Positions 30,108-40,765 of a stretch of 42,223 nt of DNA are shown here, piece after piece. The stretch comes from Laspinema sp. D2d. GTDB lineage: Bacteria > Cyanobacteriota > Cyanobacteriia > Cyanobacteriales > Laspinemataceae. The notes beneath the pieces are model-generated. The model had not been told where the DNA came from and did no database searches. It was given only the letters and a program-made list of their open reading frames with translations. A program made the position numbers and the translations under genes. How positions within the stretch are numbered: position 1 is the stretch's first letter; each line of letters opens with the position of its first letter. The DNA is taken from contig NZ_JAMXFC010000004.1 in the NCBI RefSeq assembly GCF_025370755.1, positions 39,282 through 81,504 on the forward strand, read 5' to 3'.

Positions 30108-30575
30108 TTAAATTGCCTCAGTCTCTTTTCCAGTAATCAGCGCTTGTAGGAATTCAGGATCATCGATCGCTGCTTGATGAATTCGGCTCAACATCGTTGC
30201 AGCGGTGTTTTTATTTACCTCGATTTCCTGGGCTAATTGACGCACACTGACTTTCTTGGAAGCCGTTAAAACGATGGCAATAGCTTGAAACCACTTAGAC
30301 AATTCTACATGAGTTTTATGAAATAAAGTACCCACGGTTACGCTATAGGATGTAAAACATTGATTGCAATGATATCGGCTTTCATTTTTGAGGGCGGTTG
30401 ATTTTTGGGAACTACAATAAGGGCATTGAGGTTTACCCCCCCAGCGAATTTGTTCAAGGTACAAGGTTGAGGTTTTATACATTTTGAAGCTTCCTTTTTT
30501 CAACTCCTCTTCATACAATTCACCCTGATTTTTTAGGTCTCGTTGTGCGATCGCCCTTCCCCATGAGGAAAGCAA
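30108..30575 (-). mobile_element. IS1595-family transposase, N-terminal zinc-ribbon/HTH fragment (truncated; likely pseudogene)
   Basis: CPYCSSQKST...RYHCNQCFTSYSVTVGTLFHKTHVELSKWFQAI matches the IS1595/ISXO2 N-terminal Zn-ribbon plus HTH. No DDE domain follows. An extremely AT-rich 350-nt tract lies downstream. Confidence 0.6.
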
Positions 30576-30903
30576 GGATCCACCGGGGGATCCTAAAAGG
30601 CTCTGAATAAGGGCCGGTGTGATGGTTCGGGGAAAGCCCCTTCCTGGGAGGCGATCGCCTCATATTCCCGACTGTGCTTCCGTTAGGGAGGCTCCTTTAA
30701 GTCACTTTAAATATCATACAAATTACAAAATTTGTGGTTTGTATGATATTTTGGAATAGTACAATGATTCAATTGACCTGTCAATGCACGATCAAATGTT
30801 TTTTGTAAAGAAGTGTTACAACTAGGGACCCCTGGGAACTGCCCTCAGAAGTGAGGAGATTTAATTCCTCAACGGCATCGGTAGAACCCGCAATTCACTT
30901 ACA

Positions 30904-31941
30904 ATGCTTGATCCTTCGCCATTAAGGACTAGGGCTGTGGTATCAGAAGAAAAGAAGCAGAGATTTTCGCACCTTCTTAAACATATTCGAGGAAATGATG
31001 GGGTAAAGGAGTTTGCGGCGCGGATTAACGTTAAACTTCCTACCTACAGTTGTTGGGAAACAGGGAGAGCATTTCCGAGCGATCGCTTATGGGAAACCTT
31101 ACTACCCCAGTTATGTGAATTATCAGGATTTATGCCTGAATCTATTGATCGGTATTTGCGAGGGGACTATGAACTTGAAGACTTAATTGAAGGGTCGGGA
31201 CTGGCAGAATTACAACCGCGATCGCGTTCTTTGATGACTCATGCGCGATTTAAAGAGTGGTTGCACAGGTTGTCGTTATCTGAATCCATTCAAATCTTAA
31301 AAGATGCCGCAGAATGGGTCGTTAAGTTAGCGTCTGGAGAGGATAATTTATCTTCTAAAACTCCCCTGGCTACCCCCGAAAACCCCCTGAATAACTCTGA
31401 CTCCAATTCACTCCGAGTCGGAGTTGATCCAAGGGATCATGAAGCGGTCATGAAAACTATCTTGAATCTGACCGAACATCTTTCCTTAGAAGAAATCGTC
31501 CAGGTTGATAATCATCTACGCAACTTGCTCGATGCCAAACTTCAAGCCTTGGGATTATTGGAACGGAGAAAATATCAAACTCATCCGCTGTATCTTTTAA
31601 TGGAAGATTATCGAGCCAACAACAACTTAACTTATGCGCAATTTGAAGAGCAATTGCTCAAGGAAGGAAAAGAGGCGGGCTTAGAACCGACGAGACTCGC
31701 CAAAATTGTTCGAGGTCAGGTATTACCCAATAATCGAGAACTGATCTGGATTGGGGTTTTTATGAGAAAACCCGATGGGAATTTGTATGACCATGAGGAA
31801 TTAGTTTGGTTGCGAGACGGGAGGGGGTTAAGCGATTCAGAAGACTCGGATTCTGGCCCCGATGATGAGTTCTCCAAAACGGCGCGATCGCCCGATGGTC
31901 AACCTCATGATTATCCCGATCATCCTTGTGAATGTCATTAA
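30904..31941 (+). CDS. hypothetical protein with two XRE-like HTH segments (N-terminal and residues about 215-275) and an acidic C-terminal tail
   Basis: The two segments FSHLLKHIRGNDGVKEFAARINVKLPTYSCWETGRAFPSDRLWETL and LTYAQFEEQLLKEG...RLAKIVRGQVLPNNRELIWI both resemble Cro/C1 HTH. Confidence 0.55.
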   Translation: MLDPSPLRTRAVVSEEKKQRFSHLLKHIRGNDGVKEFAARINVKLPTYSCWETGRAFPSDRLWETLLPQLCELSGFMPESIDRYLRGDYELEDLIEGSGLAELQPRSRSLMTHARFKEWLHRLSLSESIQILKDAAEWVVKLASGEDNLSSKTPLATPENPLNNSDSNSLRVGVDPRDHEAVMKTILNLTEHLSLEEIVQVDNHLRNLLDAKLQALGLLERRKYQTHPLYLLMEDYRANNNLTYAQFEEQLLKEGKEAGLEPTRLAKIVRGQVLPNNRELIWIGVFMRKPDGNLYDHEELVWLRDGRGLSDSEDSDSGPDDEFSKTARSPDGQPHDYPDHPCECH

Positions 31942-32753
31942 TCGTTAGCATACTTTTAAGGGTGCATACTATGCGCGAAATTCCGAATGACCACAGCGAG
32001 AGCCAACTCGCTCGTGAATTTACAACCATTTCCAATTTGTATCTACTGCGGTTGTTTTCCAAGTTTTTACCCCAGGAATTTCATTCTTATTTTCATGAAG
32101 TCACCCTTCATTTAAAACTGGATTCTCAACTCATTCAGTTCGATTGTCCTTCGGAAAAAATAGCGGCGCGATTGCTTAAAATTTCTACGCCCCTGGTTTT
32201 GGCCGTCTATGGCGTGAAAGAAGCTTTAGAAATGGGATTTATTCCCCATATCGAAATTCTCTGTTCAGGAAAACGATTGATTCCTCTGATTAACCCAAAA
32301 CTTATGATCAAGGAGAGCTTGATGAATTCGAGTTTTGAAAACTCCTTACAACCCAACTTACCCCAGACTAAACCTGAGATTGATTTAAACGAATTGTATG
32401 GAACCCCTCATCCCATTTATATTACTCAAATGTCGGATCAAAAAGTGTTATTTGCCAATAAAATAGCACTGGATGTCAATAAGCGAACCGCCGGAGAAAT
32501 GGTGGGCCAAGAAGTTACAGCCCTTTGGGATGATGATGTTTTAACGAACCTGATGAAACAACTTGAGAGCGATCGCGAACTCTGGCAGTATCATTATCCA
32601 GGATATCGATGGGCGAAAGAAGAAAATTCCCCAATCTGGCGACGCGATCGCTATATGTTCGTTGCCAATTATAAGGTGATTGAATTTCTCGGGACAGTCT
32701 GTCGTCTCTGTGTCATTACCTCGGCGGAAAAAATGCGCTCATCGGAGGTATAA
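31932..32753 (+). CDS. hypothetical protein with C-terminal PAS-like fold
   Basis: Overlaps the upstream stop by 10 nt, which suggests an operon. The C-terminal VLFANKIALDVNKRTAGEMVGQEVTALWDDD...YMFVANYKVIEFLG is PAS-like. Start may be the Met at 31971. Confidence 0.5.
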   Translation: MSLIVSILLRVHTMREIPNDHSESQLAREFTTISNLYLLRLFSKFLPQEFHSYFHEVTLHLKLDSQLIQFDCPSEKIAARLLKISTPLVLAVYGVKEALEMGFIPHIEILCSGKRLIPLINPKLMIKESLMNSSFENSLQPNLPQTKPEIDLNELYGTPHPIYITQMSDQKVLFANKIALDVNKRTAGEMVGQEVTALWDDDVLTNLMKQLESDRELWQYHYPGYRWAKEENSPIWRRDRYMFVANYKVIEFLGTVCRLCVITSAEKMRSSEV

Positions 32754-33041
32754 CCCTCATAGGCGATCGCCTTAAAAGAAAGACCCTCCCCAATCCTCCT
32801 CGGGCGAAGGGGAGGGCAATTGGGCGATCGTTATGACTTAACCCCCAACCCATAAAACCAAACCCACCCCTGCTTAGACTTGCCCCCAGGGTCAATGAAT
32901 TTGCAAATTAAGCGGTTTTCGGAAACAGCAGTCTGTTACCTTGATTAAGTTATTGTTATAGGCCGCATCGCTCACCTGAATGTCAGTTGCAGCGCAACCC
33001 GGGGATTCGGGGCGAGTTTAAGGTAAAAGTGGGTAAGAATT

Positions 33042-34865
33042 ATGGCGCTGATAGTCCAAAAATACGGGGGATCCTCCGTAGGGTCCGTTGAACGCATTAA
33101 CGCCGTGGCCGAACGGGTGATCAAAACCGTCCAGGGCGGCAATTCAGTCGTAGTGGTCGTTTCGGCGATGGGAAAAACCACTGACGGACTGGTAAAATTA
33201 GCCAATGAAATCTCGTCGAATCCCTCTCGCCGGGAAATGGATATGTTGCTTTCCACAGGAGAGCAAATTTCCATCGCCCTGTTGAGTATGGCGTTGCAAG
33301 AATTGGGGCAACCGGCGATTTCCCTGACGGGTGCACAGGTGGGCATTGTTACGGAAGCAGCCCATACCCGCGCCCGGATTTTGCGAATTGAGACGCAACG
33401 GATTGAGCAACAGATCACTGAAGGTAAAGTCGTCGTAGTTGCCGGATTCCAAGGCATCACGAATACGAAAGATTTGGAAATTACCACCCTGGGACGGGGG
33501 GGTTCGGATACCTCTGCGGTGGCCCTGGCTGCGGCTTTGCGGGCCGATCGCTGCGAAATCTATACCGATGTCCCGGGCATTTTAACCGCTGACCCCCGGT
33601 TAGTTCCCGATGCCCAACTGATGACGGAAATTACCTGCGATGAAATGCTGGAATTAGCCAGTCTGGGGGCAAAAGTCTTACATCCTCGGGCGGTGGAAAT
33701 TGCCCGGAACTATGGCGTTCCCTTGGTGGTTCTCTCCAGTTGGACCGATGATCCAGGGACTCTGGTGAGTTCGCCCAAACCAATGGCAAGACCCCTAGAA
33801 GGGTTGGAATTGGTGCATCCCGTAGATGGGGTGGAATTTGATACGAATCAGGCAAAAGTCGCCCTGTTGCGGGTTCCCGATCGCCCCGGTGTAGCGGCGC
33901 AGTTGTTCGGGGAAATCGGGCGGCAAGAAGTCGATGTAGATTTGATTATTCAGTCCATTCACGAATTGAATACCAATGATATTGCCTTTACCGTGAGTCA
34001 GGAATCGGTGAATCAAGCCGAAGCAGTGGCAGCAGCGATCGCCCCCACCCTCCGCAACCGCCTAGATTCAGCCCCAGAAGAAGCCGAAGTCATGGTCGAT
34101 CGCACCATTGCCAAGGTGAGCATTTCCGGGGCGGGAATGATTGGACGTCCCGGTGTGGCGGCGAAAATGTTCGCCACCCTGGCCGAGGCGGGAGTGAATA
34201 TGCAGATGATTTCCACCTCAGAAGTCAAAGTAAGTTGCGTAGTGGATGCGGACCAGTGCGATCGGGCGATCGATGCCCTTTGCCAAGCCTTTGAAGTTAG
34301 TTCCTCACCCCTACAATCCGGCAGTTCCAATCTGAGTAAGGCGATCGCCCCCAATACTCCCCCAGTACGCGGAGTCGCCCTAGATTTGAATCAAGCGCGG
34401 GTGGCAATTCGCCATATCCCCGATCGCCCCGGCATGGCTGCAAAATTCTTCGGCATCCTCGCCCATGAAAATATTAGCGTCGATACAATTATCCAATCCC
34501 AACGCTGCCACATTATCAACGGCATTCCCACCCGAGATATTGCCTTTACCGTGGCCCGGAATGATGCCAAAGATGCCCGCCGAGTCTTAGTTCCCTTAGC
34601 CGCAGAATTAGGCTGTGGAGAAATCATTGTAGATGAGGAAATTGCCAAAGTTAGCATTGTCGGTTCCGGCATGGTCAATCACCCCGGCATTGCCGCTGAG
34701 ATGTTTAATGCCCTAGCAAGAGAACGTATCAATATCCAAATGATTGCGACCTCAGAAATTAAAGTCAGTTGCGTAGTAGATCGCGAGTCTGGCGTGAAAG
34801 CTTTACAAGTGATTCATGCCATCTTTAATCTCGCAGGAACTCAAAAAATCGAAGTTCCTGCATGA
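33042..34865 (+). CDS. lysC: aspartate kinase, long cyanobacterial form with duplicated ACT-domain pairs
   Basis: [15 protein letters not shown]...[13 protein letters not shown] kinase core followed by four ACT-like segments. 607 aa. Confidence 0.93.
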   Translation: MALIVQKYGGSSVGSVERINAVAERVIKTVQGGNSVVVVVSAMGKTTDGLVKLANEISSNPSRREMDMLLSTGEQISIALLSMALQELGQPAISLTGAQVGIVTEAAHTRARILRIETQRIEQQITEGKVVVVAGFQGITNTKDLEITTLGRGGSDTSAVALAAALRADRCEIYTDVPGILTADPRLVPDAQLMTEITCDEMLELASLGAKVLHPRAVEIARNYGVPLVVLSSWTDDPGTLVSSPKPMARPLEGLELVHPVDGVEFDTNQAKVALLRVPDRPGVAAQLFGEIGRQEVDVDLIIQSIHELNTNDIAFTVSQESVNQAEAVAAAIAPTLRNRLDSAPEEAEVMVDRTIAKVSISGAGMIGRPGVAAKMFATLAEAGVNMQMISTSEVKVSCVVDADQCDRAIDALCQAFEVSSSPLQSGSSNLSKAIAPNTPPVRGVALDLNQARVAIRHIPDRPGMAAKFFGILAHENISVDTIIQSQRCHIINGIPTRDIAFTVARNDAKDARRVLVPLAAELGCGEIIVDEEIAKVSIVGSGMVNHPGIAAEMFNALARERINIQMIATSEIKVSCVVDRESGVKALQVIHAIFNLAGTQKIEVPA

Positions 34866-34874
34866 TGAAAGAGT

Positions 34875-34904
34875 AATGAGGGTGGATAAAACACCACCCT
34901 CATT
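34875..34904 (+). terminator. hairpin terminator after lysC (11-bp stem aatgagggtgg/ccaccctcatt)
   Basis: Lies 10 nt after the stop. Perfect 11-bp stem with an 8-nt loop. Confidence 0.55.
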
Positions 34905-35035
34905 CTGGTGATTATAGCTTGTATAAAGTTTTTCTCACTTATTATAAGCTATAAATGCTATGGGTTAGCACAAACATCTTGCTTGCTAGACAAATAGCAA
35001 ACAAAATGTTTGTGCTGACGCCGGGAACTTCTATA

Positions 35036-36571
35036 TTATTCTGGCTTTTCTTCCGTCACGGTTTCTCTCACTTCTTCAGTCTGAAAATACAGAGCGTTTA
35101 AATCATCGACATTCAAATCAAAAGCTGGTTTAGGATTGCGGAAATAGGGGTGAATGAGCAGGACCTTTTCGGGCCTTCGGTCATTGGGTGCGGCGACAAT
35201 TTCTTTAATGACTTTCAGATACTCTTTGCCGGTACTTTCCCAGGTGTAGTGTTCCAATACCAATTTTTGACAGCGCGATCGCATCTGTTCCCACAACTCG
35301 GGATCCCCTAACAGTCGTTCTAATCCTCGGGCAATATCTGCCTGATCGCTAGGATCGACGAGCACTGCACATTCTTCCGGAGTCTGTTTGAGAACTTCAC
35401 TCAACCCGCTATTTTCAGTCACCACTAAGGGTAACCCTGCTGCTGCCGCTTCTAAGGGGGCCAATCCAAAGGGTTCAAACAATGAAGTTAGGGTAAACAC
35501 GGAACCCCGTTTTGCTAAAAATCGATAACAAGCTGCTAAAGCCGGTTGATCCGGCAAGGAAAACGCGCTGATTTTCCCCCATAACTTATTCTTTTTAACT
35601 ACTTTCCGAATCGGCGCTAAGACTCGTTCTGTTTCATCATCGCCGCATTCTTCTTGAAGGGGGTTATCCAATCCGCCCGTAATCATCACCAGATTGGCCG
35701 TATTTTGCAGCGTCTCACTCTGGGCAAAGGCTTCTACTAGACCCTGGAGGTTTTTCTTCGGTGCGAGGCGGCTAGAGGCCAAAATAATCGGGTATCCTAG
35801 GCGGTCCTCATCAATATCCCGGGCCAATCGTTCATCAATCAGGTCTTGGATCTCTTTTTCATTGTCACAGAACACATTGGGACTAAACATAGTGGCATCA
35901 ACTCCCGGTGCAATTACCACAAACCGGGTATCGTCTTCCACATTTACTGCATCGTGATAGACGCGATGACCATATTGTTCAAAACGTTCCGTTTTTGTAC
36001 TGGTAATATTAACCGCTGACCGATTCATACTCAACCGTTCCGCCATCAAACGCCGAGCAAAATGAAAATGCCTGTCCATGCTTTCCATATTTTGCGGCGT
36101 CATTTCCAGTTTGTCTATTTTTTGAGCGCCTAGAGAATGACCTGTAAAGGTGAAGGGGATACCTGTGGCGGCTTCAATCAAGACCCCGGCGAGACCGCCA
36201 TCCCCATAGTGAGCGGTAAAAATCTCGGGGAATGCGCCCTCTTGTTGATAGAATTGGAGAATATTGGGCACCCATTCTTTAACCAGATGCGGCCAGAGGA
36301 GTTCTTTCCTGATAAATCCTTTTGGGCCCGCCGGAAAGCGGATAATTCGGACATTTTCCACCCCAGGATAGGAATCAAAGGCTTGGGCAAACTCGGGCCA
36401 GTCGGAATCAATAATCTGGCGGGTGATAATATCAACTTCGTGACCTAGATTGGCGATCGCGATCGCCACCTGTTTCACATAAACTAACTGGCCCCCGAAA
36501 TCCGGATGTTCAGTCAGATGACTATCTTTTGGATCGAAGTTACCCTGGGGATTGAGAAATGCAATACGCAT
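35036..36571 (-). CDS. sucrose-phosphate synthase-like GT-B glycosyltransferase (GT4)
   Basis: MRIAFLNPQGNFDPKDSHLTEHPDFGGQLVYVKQVA... is the characteristic SPS/sucrose-synthase N-terminal glucosyltransferase signature. Start set at the internal Met. Confidence 0.65.
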   Translation of the reverse strand: MRIAFLNPQGNFDPKDSHLTEHPDFGGQLVYVKQVAIAIANLGHEVDIITRQIIDSDWPEFAQAFDSYPGVENVRIIRFPAGPKGFIRKELLWPHLVKEWVPNILQFYQQEGAFPEIFTAHYGDGGLAGVLIEAATGIPFTFTGHSLGAQKIDKLEMTPQNMESMDRHFHFARRLMAERLSMNRSAVNITSTKTERFEQYGHRVYHDAVNVEDDTRFVVIAPGVDATMFSPNVFCDNEKEIQDLIDERLARDIDEDRLGYPIILASSRLAPKKNLQGLVEAFAQSETLQNTANLVMITGGLDNPLQEECGDDETERVLAPIRKVVKKNKLWGKISAFSLPDQPALAACYRFLAKRGSVFTLTSLFEPFGLAPLEAAAAGLPLVVTENSGLSEVLKQTPEECAVLVDPSDQADIARGLERLLGDPELWEQMRSRCQKLVLEHYTWESTGKEYLKVIKEIVAAPNDRRPEKVLLIHPYFRNPKPAFDLNVDDLNALYFQTEEVRETVTEEKPE

Positions 36572-36759
36572 AAGCAGATTTTTCACCAAACGACTGCCTC
36601 AAGTTTATAGGGTTGAGGGAGATTCGCCACATTCTCAATAGTAGCTTGCACCCTGAAGCATTAGCTGGTCAGTCTTTGACCGAAAATGAAAGATAATTTA
36701 GATCATGGCGATCGCGCTATTTTCGATAACCTAGAAGATAAAAGTCGCTCTCATTAATT

Positions 36760-37143
36760 ATGAATTCACTCTCATCCAAGATTTGTGCCATTGATGACGA
36801 ACTCTCTAAACGTGATCTGGCTCTCGACCCCGGCGGTTATTTCATCATTTATCTCGATCGCGAGGCCGAATTAATTTGTGCCAAGCATTATACCAATGTG
36901 ATTGATGAGCGGGGGTTAGCCATTGACCCAGAAACTGGGAAACCCATACCCGCTAGAGGAAAGGTCGAACGCACCCACGAAACGTTATTCTCGGGGAGTA
37001 CGGCAAAAGAACTGTGCGTAAAAATTTTTGAAGAGACGGACCCTTGTTCAGTCACGATGTTGGATCATGCCGCCTATCTCGGTCGAGAATTTATGCGGGC
37101 TCAGATGGCCCTGGTGAGTGGGGAGGAGTATGTCCAGGACTAG
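36760..37143 (+). CDS. DUF4346-like small conserved cyanobacterial protein
   Basis: 127 aa containing LDPGGYFIIYLDRE...HY, recalled as the DUF4346 signature. Confidence 0.5.
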   Translation: MNSLSSKICAIDDELSKRDLALDPGGYFIIYLDREAELICAKHYTNVIDERGLAIDPETGKPIPARGKVERTHETLFSGSTAKELCVKIFEETDPCSVTMLDHAAYLGREFMRAQMALVSGEEYVQD

Positions 37144-37251
37144 GAAAGGGGTATCGTGTTTCCGGGGACAAGCAACTGGGTTTTTGTCCTAAAGTTGTCC
37201 TAATGCCAGGGGAGATTTGGAAACAAAAGCCGGGTTCTCACCGCTGAGGTT

Positions 37252-37288
37252 GGGGATGAGTGCATTCTGGATCAATGCGCTCATCCCC
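37252..37288. terminator. bidirectional hairpin between convergent genes (9-bp stem ggggatgag/ctcatcccc with extended inner pairing)
   Basis: Lies between the DUF4346 gene stop (37143) and the TPM gene stop (37323). Confidence 0.45.
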
Positions 37289-37322
37289 ACAGGGAATCCC
37301 GAGTAAAAATTGGTACGCTCAG

Positions 37323-38051
37323 TTACTGTAAAAAGCCTCCTTGATAGAAATAATAGGTCGCCATTGGGATAACCGTCGCGAGGACTAACAGGACGATCAC
37401 CACCATTGTGGCATTGCCTGTATCGGTTTCTTCGGCGGTGGCAAAGGTGCGTTCAATGTTCAAGCTGGTATCGATAATCGGGGGTCCGGGGTCCGGTTGA
37501 CCGGAAAGGACGGCAATCATGCGATCGCTAACATCGGTTAAAGCTTGATTGTATTTATCCCCCTCTCGCAAGGGGACTTGCAGGGTTTCTTGGGCGACAC
37601 TTTCAGCAATTTCCGGGGTTAAGAGGGATTTGATGTCATCTCCCGTCCGGATGGCGGAATTATTTGTGAGGGTATCGACCACCACTAAGGTTTGATGCGC
37701 CCCTTCCTCTGGGGTTGGAAACCATTTTTCAAAGAGTTTTTCGGTAAAACTGTCAATGGTTTCCCCATAGTCTAGGCGGCGAATGGTGACGAGACGAACT
37801 TCGTTGCCGGTGTCTTTTTGCAGGGCACTAAGGGCCTTGCTGAGATTGCCTTCGGTAAGGCGACTGAGGACTTCGGCATCATCAATGGTCCAGGTGCGAT
37901 CGCCTGCATGGAGAATCGGCATTTGATAGACCCCAGTTGCCGCAGCGGGTGCCACTGCCACGAGGGTTGCTAAGGCGATCGCCGCGATGGATAACAGGAG
38001 TCCGGTGAATCCGGCTTTCCAGGGGGTGATTCGTTGAAGGATCTGTTTCAT
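37323..38051 (-). CDS. TPM-domain protein (TLP18.3/Psb32-like lumenal phosphatase family) with signal peptide and C-terminal TM anchor
   Basis: Signal-like N-terminus, central TPM-like region, C-terminal helix MVVIVLLVLATVIPMATYYF. Confidence 0.6.
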   Translation of the reverse strand: MKQILQRITPWKAGFTGLLLSIAAIALATLVAVAPAAATGVYQMPILHAGDRTWTIDDAEVLSRLTEGNLSKALSALQKDTGNEVRLVTIRRLDYGETIDSFTEKLFEKWFPTPEEGAHQTLVVVDTLTNNSAIRTGDDIKSLLTPEIAESVAQETLQVPLREGDKYNQALTDVSDRMIAVLSGQPDPGPPIIDTSLNIERTFATAEETDTGNATMVVIVLLVLATVIPMATYYFYQGGFLQ

Positions 38052-38190
38052 AAAATGGGTCTTACAAACTTATTGTTTAACTTTACCCCATTGACCCGAA
38101 CCGATTAAAGCAGATCTCTATCTCTAATGACTTCCTCAAAAAGCTAAACTCTTCGACTTGTTGCCCCCTCTAACCCGGTAAGATGGTTGA

Positions 38191-38991
<801 letters not shown>

Positions 38992-39817
38992 TCTGCCCTT
39001 CACTGGGAAAACTAGCCGGGGAAAATGCCTTTTTTTTCAGGTGAAAGCCCGTTTAAATGGTCTTTCTCTTCCTCAAAAAATCAGCCTTTGCCAACTATTT
39101 CGGCAAAGGCTCAGGCGGGGATAGAACAGGATGAATTTTCTCTATCTATTGAGTTTAAATCCAGTGGTCAAGATGCGATGGATTGGCTATAAGACCGAGA
39201 TTCGGATACCTCAACCTGCAAGCGATCGCAAGAAATCCGTTCGGGCCTCCCGGGAAAGCCATTTTTACAAGTTGTAATTTCTAATTGAGCCTCTGCAACA
39301 GCAGTAAACATCAACCGTTCTTGAGGGAAAAGAACCCGTTCTAATTCAAAATCTTTTGAATTAATCAGTTTGATAATTTGAAGATAAGGAGTCGAATTGC
39401 AATGAAAACATAAAATATGTGAAAAAGTAATGTCTTTTTTAACTTGTTCTTCCCGGCTTGAATTTAAAATCATTTGAATTGCGATTAAGGGTAAGGAGGT
39501 TAAGGTTGCATTTTGATGTTTGCCCTCGTTTTCTACATTTAATATGAGTAGGAATTGGCAAACTCCTATCTTGTATTTATATCACTCATAAAACACTGTT
39601 ATATCTATCTGTAGTTAGATTATAGGATTAGAATGAGACTTAGGTATATCTCCCGATATAGAGGGCCATGTTAAGGGTTGAGGTCATGATAAATACAGCC
39701 CCCTCCGGACTGATTGATTCCCGCTATCGGGACAAAAAACAATTATTGACTGTCCTCCTACGGGTTGGGTTCCATCTGGTCAATTTGCAGAAGTCTTGCC
39801 CGTATAGGAAGTGAAGA

Positions 39818-40729
39818 ATGAAACCCGCCCCCTGGACCATCGTTTTAATTTTAGGACTAGGTATTTTCGCTCTATCTACGGGGGCAATTTTAATCCGATT
39901 GGCACTCCAATCTGCTGGGGTACAAGGGGTAGGATTTAGCCTGATTTTAGAAGCCTCTCGGTTAAGTTTAGCAGCCCTGTTGTTGCTACCAACCTGGAAA
40001 AATATCAAACCCCAACCCCTCCAATCTGGGGCAATGGTTTATGCTGGGCTTGCTGGTGGATTTCTCGCCCTTCATTTTGCCACTTGGATTACGTCATTAT
40101 CTTATACCTCGATTGCTGCCTCTACGGCGATCGTCACCACAAATCCCGTATGGATTGCCCTATTTTCTTTCCTGTTCGGAGAAAAGCCAAAACCCAAGAC
40201 TTTAGCAGGAGTTTTCCTAGCATTAATCGGGGGATTAGCAATTGGTTTGGGGGGAACTAAATCGAGTGCGATCGCCCCTGATTCGCTGCTGGGAAATAGT
40301 TTAGCTTTGATTGGTTCCTGGGCAGTTAGCGGCTATTTTTTATTAGGAAAAGAGGCACAACGTCGGGGGATGGGAATTGGCAGTTATGCGGCGATCGCTT
40401 ATAGTAGTGCAGCCCTGATTTTGTTGCCCTTACCGCTGTTATGGGGAACCAGTTATTTAGGGTATCCACCATCGGTTTATGGATATGTTCTCTTGATGGC
40501 GATCGGACCCCAACTCATTGGACATACCAGCTTTAATTGGGCGTTGCGGTGGATTTCTCCAACATTGGTCACCTTAGTGATTCTATTGGAACCTGTAGGG
40601 GCGAGTATTTTAGGGTATTTTATCTTTGGAGAACTGCCTGGAAGGGGAGTCATAGGTGGGGCGATCATCTTACTGATCGGCGTGGCGATCGCCGCTCTTG
40701 CCACTCGACCCCTTCCCTCACAATCCTAA
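39818..40729 (+). CDS. DMT-superfamily (EamA) transporter
   Basis: 10 predicted TM helices in two EamA-like halves. Confidence 0.75.
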   Translation: MKPAPWTIVLILGLGIFALSTGAILIRLALQSAGVQGVGFSLILEASRLSLAALLLLPTWKNIKPQPLQSGAMVYAGLAGGFLALHFATWITSLSYTSIAASTAIVTTNPVWIALFSFLFGEKPKPKTLAGVFLALIGGLAIGLGGTKSSAIAPDSLLGNSLALIGSWAVSGYFLLGKEAQRRGMGIGSYAAIAYSSAALILLPLPLLWGTSYLGYPPSVYGYVLLMAIGPQLIGHTSFNWALRWISPTLVTLVILLEPVGASILGYFIFGELPGRGVIGGAIILLIGVAIAALATRPLPSQS

Positions 40730-40765
40730 CACTTAGACCTGGAAAAATCACCCCCCAATTTTCCC

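Noticed and set aside
33121-34678. Antisense ORFs (71-113 aa) within lysC
   Set aside because: These are shadow ORFs in a GC-rich, highly conserved gene.
39168-39473. 101-aa minus-strand ORF in the AT-rich region after fabG
   Set aside because: Low-complexity, AT-rich, with no RBS or recognisable domain. Probably non-coding.
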